This document shows positions 58,501-64,000 of a DNA stretch of 64,000 nucleotides, in pieces. The notes beneath the pieces are model-generated. The model saw only the letters and a program-made list of their open reading frames with translations. It had not been told where the DNA came from and did no database searches. Position 1 is the stretch's first letter. Every line of letters begins with the position of its first letter. The stretch comes from Octopus vulgaris. Its lineage: Eukaryota. The DNA lies in assembly GCA_951406725.2 (NCBI GenBank), contig OX597836.1:3844001-3908000 (forward strand). Direction: 5' to 3'. Made by a program: the position numbers and the translations under genes.

Positions 58501-59179
58501 GAATATTTCTTTTACAAAAATTGCCCTTCTTCTAATTATTCTCGTCGGGCAAACCCAGATTTTCTGCAACGTAGTTATTAATTGTGGCAACACGGAGTCT
58601 TAGAGAAAAGCGCGATCCAAATCTGCTGCAATTTTCTCTGCTTTCAAGTTTTCGTGTAGGTGGAATTGAACGTTACATTCACAGCCTGTTTCCTTTGCAA
58701 ACCCTTCTTTTTCCTTTACTTTCATTTAATCAGGCTTTACAAATACGGCTTCTGTTAGTTGCAAAACGGGTATCCCTGTTCTGCTGTCACTTAATCAGCT
58801 CTGAGTAATACGGTTTCTCTTAGCTGTCATGCGAGGATTTCACTTTCGATTTTGTTTTTAAATATTGGACTTCATTTATATGGATTCCGTTAGCTGCGAA
58901 CAGGGTGTTTCTTTCGGTATCAGCTTACTGCCAGTAGAATGTCTATTCCTTCTTAATTTTCTCAATCTCGCTGGCACCATATCCTTACACGTTGTTTCTT
59001 CTTTTTCTTAGGATTTCTTGACGTTTCATTTATTCCTGTTTTAATTTGTTCAAGAAAAAAAAATTCTGAATGATGTAGGAGAACACTTTTGAAAACTAAC
59101 AACTTACTTTTCTAAATACAAGCTTCTCGTCAAATAAAATTACATTTACAGAAATAAGGATTATATGTCAACATTTTGG

Positions 59180-59333
59180 AGACGTGGGAATGGATGTATG
59201 GCTGAGGGAATCGCTTTGCAACAACGGAGTTTCGGTTTCATATCCCCTGCGCGGCAGTTTGGGCAAGTGTCTTCTACTATACCGCCATGCCGACTAAATG
59301 CACTATGAATAAATTCTTCGGACGGAAACCCGC

Positions 59334-59336
<3 letters not shown>
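59180..59336 (+). mobile_element. SINE type A, degraded
   Basis: TTGGGCAAGTGTCTTCTACTATA core. Confidence 0.7.
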
Positions 59337-59384
<48 letters not shown>

Positions 59385-59416
59385 TTTATTTAAAAGCAGC
59401 AGAAATATAACAAAAG

Positions 59417-59454
59417 CTGTTATTAAGAGTTACACGCTCCCATTCGTCGGACAG
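59417..59454 (-). ncRNA. Degenerate minimal hammerhead
   Basis: CUGU-CCGACGA-AUG ggag CGU-GUAA-CUCUUA-AUA-ACAG; stems I and II intact, core mutated; in a ~75 bp island between (TA)n tracts. Confidence 0.42.
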
Positions 59455-59767
59455 TATATATATATATATATATACACATACATACATACATACATACATA
59501 CATACATACATACATACATACATACATACATACTTCAAGATCCTGGATTTCTAGCTTTTTGCTAGTTTATTTTGTCCCTCTGCGTTATCTCATGGTGCGG
59601 TATGAAGATTTTAGGTGGCTTTTGTAGTCAGGGACTTGACTGCTATTTCGGTATAGTGGTGTCTCTCAGATACCCTTATTTATAGTTGTAAAAAAATATT
59701 ACCTTTCTATGGTATTTATTCCCATGCTGGTCACTTGATAATATCGATATTTAAATATCGATATTAT

Positions 59768-59814
<47 letters not shown>

Positions 59815-59911
59815 TAGATATATACATATATATACATATGCGTCATCGCATAACTGATATTCAACCGTATTCTCAAAAATATATACAGTCGAATGAGAAT
59901 ATATATTTATC

Positions 59912-59961
<50 letters not shown>

Positions 59962-60003
59962 TTATATATATATATATATTATCACATATTACATATATAT
60001 ATA

Positions 60004-60050
<47 letters not shown>

Positions 60051-61824
60051 GATTGATTGATTGATTGATTCTAGTTTCAGCTTATGAGCTGTGGCCATGC
60101 TGGGGCACCGCCATTTGGTGTTGCTACTTGGTTTCACTTCATGGAGGCTTTCTAGCAACTGCTTTTTGGTGCATGAGAGAGTTCGATGCAGCTGCCCTCA
60201 TCTGCCCCTCCTGCCGTGAAGTTGGTTCATCTGGGACACCTGACAGGAAGAGATCCAGCTTCATTTTAAAGACATCTGTATCCACCCCATGCAGGTCTCT
60301 CAGGTTCTTCGGGAGGATATTGAAGAGCTGTGGGCCTCGGAAGCCCAGGCTATCACAGAATCTTGTCCTACATCTTGATGGCAGGTTTGGAGTCCTAGGC
60401 ACCACGCAGTGGCGCCCAGTTCTGGCATTTGCGTAACTCTCGATGCCAAAGTTCAGGACACTTCCCTCCAGGATCTTCCAGATGTATATTATGGCATATC
60501 TTTCCCGCCTACGCTCCAGGGAATATAATTTTAATCTCTTGAGTCTTTCCCAGTAGCTTACATTCTGCATAGAGGCTATCTTCTTAGTGTAGCTTCGTTG
60601 GATCGCCTCAAGTTCTGTGATCAACTTGACACTGGATGGTGACCATAGCTGAGAGCAATAGTCAAAGTGGCTTAGGACAAGTGTCTTCCAGAAGACCATC
60701 ATGGTTTCTTGTTCTCTTGTTCTAAAGGTTCTAAGAATCCATCCAGCCAGCCGTCTACATTTCATTGTCAGTTTAGCAACATGTACATGAAAGGTCGCGT
60801 CATCACTCATGTGAATACCATGGTCACGCACTGATTGTGCCTCTGGGATTGCAATCCCTCCGGGTCCAGTGTATTCATTGGGTATTGCATTCAGTTTTGC
60901 ATGCTGATAGTATAAAGCTTGAAACTTTCCAGCATTGAACTGCATGCTATTCTTTTCAGCCCACTTGTATATTTCGTCCAGCTCACATTGCAGGTGTTTA
61001 GTGTCCTCAGGGTTCTGTATTGCCTGTGAGACTTTTGTATCATCTGCATAACTTGTGATCGTGGCTCTCTGCGTGGCTGAGGGCATGTCTGAGAGGGCCA
61101 TTATGAACAGTAGTGGTCCCAGAACAGTGCCCTGCGGAACACCGCTCACTATTTGTGTGTTAATGGAGGTGGCCCCATTGGCTACTACCACCTGACTTCT
61201 ATCCTTCAGAAAGTCATGAAGCCATTCTCCCAGTTTTCCAACTATGTTGAGATCACGCAGTTTGTGACATATCATTCCATGATCGACTTTATCAAAGGCC
61301 TTTGCAAAGTCGAGATATATCACTTCCACATTTGAGTGGTTGAGCAGCCGTTTCAGCACCCAGTCATAGTGTTGTAGGAGCTGAGTTAAACAGCTTCTCC
61401 CTGGTCGGAAACCATGTTGGGTGTCGGGCAGCAAGTCATTCTCTTCAAGGAAGGTGATCAGCTTCCTTCTGACTATTCGTTCCATGACCTTGCTGATGTG
61501 TGAGGTCAGAGAGATAGGTCTATAGTTCTTGGCTTCCGCTCTGCTACCTCCTTTATGAATGGGGCATATTTTACCTTCCTTCAGTTTTCCTGGAAGTTTG
61601 CCAGCTGCAAGGAAGCTCTGAAAGAGGAACTGCAGTGGTCTTGCTAGGACTCTCTTACATGCTTTTAGGAGGATTGCCGGGAATCCATCGGGGCCAGTAG
61701 CTGAGTCTGTTTTCATTTCATCTATAGCCTTGGTTACATCGTCTTCCTTTATATCGATGTAATCTATCGTCGCCGCCTCTGATTTTATATCTGCAGTGGT
61801 AAAAAAGTCAGTTGGATTGGTGAT
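60051..61824 (-). mobile_element. 5'-truncated CR1/L2-group LINE with (AATC)n tail
   Basis: Intact RT frame, about 70 bp 3' UTR, (AATC)5 tail at 60051-60070, inserted in (TA)n. Confidence 0.93.
60139..61824 (-). CDS. Non-LTR retrotransposon reverse transcriptase (ORF2 C-terminal part)
   Basis: [59 protein letters not shown]; the frame stays open upstream of the Met at 61716 to the truncation point; no endonuclease domain. Confidence 0.95.
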   Translation of the reverse strand: MTNPTDFFTTADIKSEAATIDYIDIKEDDVTKAIDEMKTDSATGPDGFPAILLKACKRVLARPLQFLFQSFLAAGKLPGKLKEGKICPIHKGGSRAEAKNYRPISLTSHISKVMERIVRRKLITFLEENDLLPDTQHGFRPGRSCLTQLLQHYDWVLKRLLNHSNVEVIYLDFAKAFDKVDHGMICHKLRDLNIVGKLGEWLHDFLKDRSQVVVANGATSINTQIVSGVPQGTVLGPLLFIMALSDMPSATQRATITSYADDTKVSQAIQNPEDTKHLQCELDEIYKWAEKNSMQFNAGKFQALYYQHAKLNAIPNEYTGPGGIAIPEAQSVRDHGIHMSDDATFHVHVAKLTMKCRRLAGWILRTFRTREQETMMVFWKTLVLSHFDYCSQLWSPSSVKLITELEAIQRSYTKKIASMQNVSYWERLKRLKLYSLERRRERYAIIYIWKILEGSVLNFGIESYANARTGRHCVVPRTPNLPSRCRTRFCDSLGFRGPQLFNILPKNLRDLHGVDTDVFKMKLDLFLSGVPDEPTSRQEGQMRAAASNSLMHQKAVARKPP

Positions 61825-61919
61825 TTATATATATTTATATATATATATATATGTATATATATATTTATATATATTTATATATTTATATATATATATATAT
61901 TATCACATATTACATTTAC

Positions 61920-61956
<37 letters not shown>

Positions 61957-62932
61957 TATATATATATACATATACACACATACACTCACACACACTTATA
62001 TACTCATATACATACCTACGCTAAATCCTCGACCACATGCATTTTAAAGATTTAATTGTCAATAATTTTTAATATTCAAATTTATTGTATAAAATGGGTT
62101 TCAATTAGGATTATTGTTAAAAACAATTTCAATTTTCTTTTCGTAATTTTAGTTTTAAATTTTGCCAAACATAAATTCTTAACTTTGACACGAACCGAAA
62201 CCACTTATGCAATTCCAACGTATTTTATGACGTTTCTCTTTTTCTCTTCATAAAACACAAATATTCCAGCATAAAGAACAAAAAAATCTTTCCAATCTTG
62301 AATAATTTTCATCTGTTTGCTTTTTTTCACTTTTTTCATTTAATAAATTATTCAAATTTAAGTAATTTTCTTTTCTTGCGTCGAGGCTACTTGACTGTAT
62401 CAGCTTTTCTTGTGGTATGTCATTTTCTGCTGGATTTAAATGGATACACACACACACACACACTCATAAAACAACAGCAACAACAACAACAACAACGACA
62501 AGAGCACACACACACATGTACACACACGCACATACACACATATGCAGGTGTTATACAAAATAACGATCAGAACATATATAAAATAAATATCATATATATG
62601 AAGTTCTCACAAGTTTCAACAATAAATACTTGAGAATCAAATTCAGACAGAATTACAATCGATTTAACGATCACGTAATCGATCATAAGGCGATATTTCT
62701 AACTATATATATATGTGTATATATATATATATATGTATATATATACATACATACATATATATATATACCTACAAATACACCTAGATTTATACATATATAT
62801 ATATGTATATATATGTATGTGTATGTATGTATGTATTTGTGTATAGTATGTCTGTGTGTGCGTGTGTGTGGATATATATATGCATATATATATTTACATA
62901 CATGTATATATATGTATATTATGAATTTACAA

Positions 62933-62964
<32 letters not shown>

Positions 62965-63067
62965 TATATTGATATGTGTGTATATATATATATTATATAA
63001 ATATGTATATATGTATATATACATGTTTCGATATGTACATATATATATATATATACATATGTACATA

Positions 63068-63179
<112 letters not shown>

Positions 63180-63719
63180 TATGAGTGTACTGAGCAGCGC
63201 ATTCTTAATTCGATTTATGCAGAATGGCAAACGATCGGAGCTGATTTGACGTGGGATATTGTTAGCTTGTACTTATGTAAATCATATTGAGTTAAGAGAG
63301 AAGAGATTTATGGGGACACACAGACACCCACATATATATTGAGACATACACATACACACATATATATATATACGCACGCTGCTATACGCATACACGGACA
63401 AGCTGATCTCACTCGTGCAGGTCACGTGATTTGCATTTATTTACTATGGTTGGCCCAAGTTCTTTTTTCAGTTGCAATCCTTTTCTCCCCCCCCCTGCTA
63501 CCTTACATTTCGGCGCACAATCCACCTCCACTCCTGTCCGCTCTCCATTCTCTACTTTATTGATATTGATGTCGTTGTCATGGTGATCATTGCTCTTGTT
63601 GTTGTTGCTTAATATTTTTTTATTTACTCATACATTGGTATTACATTTTTTTTGGTTAATATCAATTCTATTACAGAATTGGTGATGATGATGATGACAA
63701 CCATAGTAGTGGTAGTAGC

Positions 63720-64000
<281 letters not shown>

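Noticed and set aside
59630-59675. CTGAGAGA...GAAA..GTC on the minus strand
   Set aside because: Stems I and II do not pair.
60065-60436. 123 aa plus-strand ORF
   Set aside because: Antisense shadow of the LINE reverse transcriptase.

Overview
AT-rich eukaryotic intergenic or intronic DNA with no recognisable host exon, rRNA, tRNA gene or CRISPR array. The microsatellite load and SINE types suggest an octopus (cephalopod) genome; this is inference, not a database result. Nearly all supplied ORFs are translations of (TA)n, (CA)n, (ATT)n, (GAA)n, (TATG)n and (GATA)n tracts. Real coding remnants all belong to transposons: one young 5'-truncated CR1/L2-group LINE with an intact reverse-transcriptase frame (60051-61824, minus), an older fragment of the same family, two RTE fragments, three restriction-like-endonuclease LINE fragments (R4/Dong-like and HERO-like) and three dead mariners. 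There are also a Tc1/mariner MITE, a probable Helitron end and about 25 tRNA-derived SINE pieces of four sequence types (labelled A-D here). The most striking unannotated signal is about a dozen minimal type I hammerhead-ribozyme folds from several unrelated short non-coding families, most next to (TA)n and several in fold-back inverted pairs typical of Penelope-like pseudo-LTRs. Some have non-canonical cores. A second signal is a SINE/LINE pair sharing a 3' tail with a covarying hairpin. All pairings and coordinates were read by eye; element ends may be off by a few to tens of bases.
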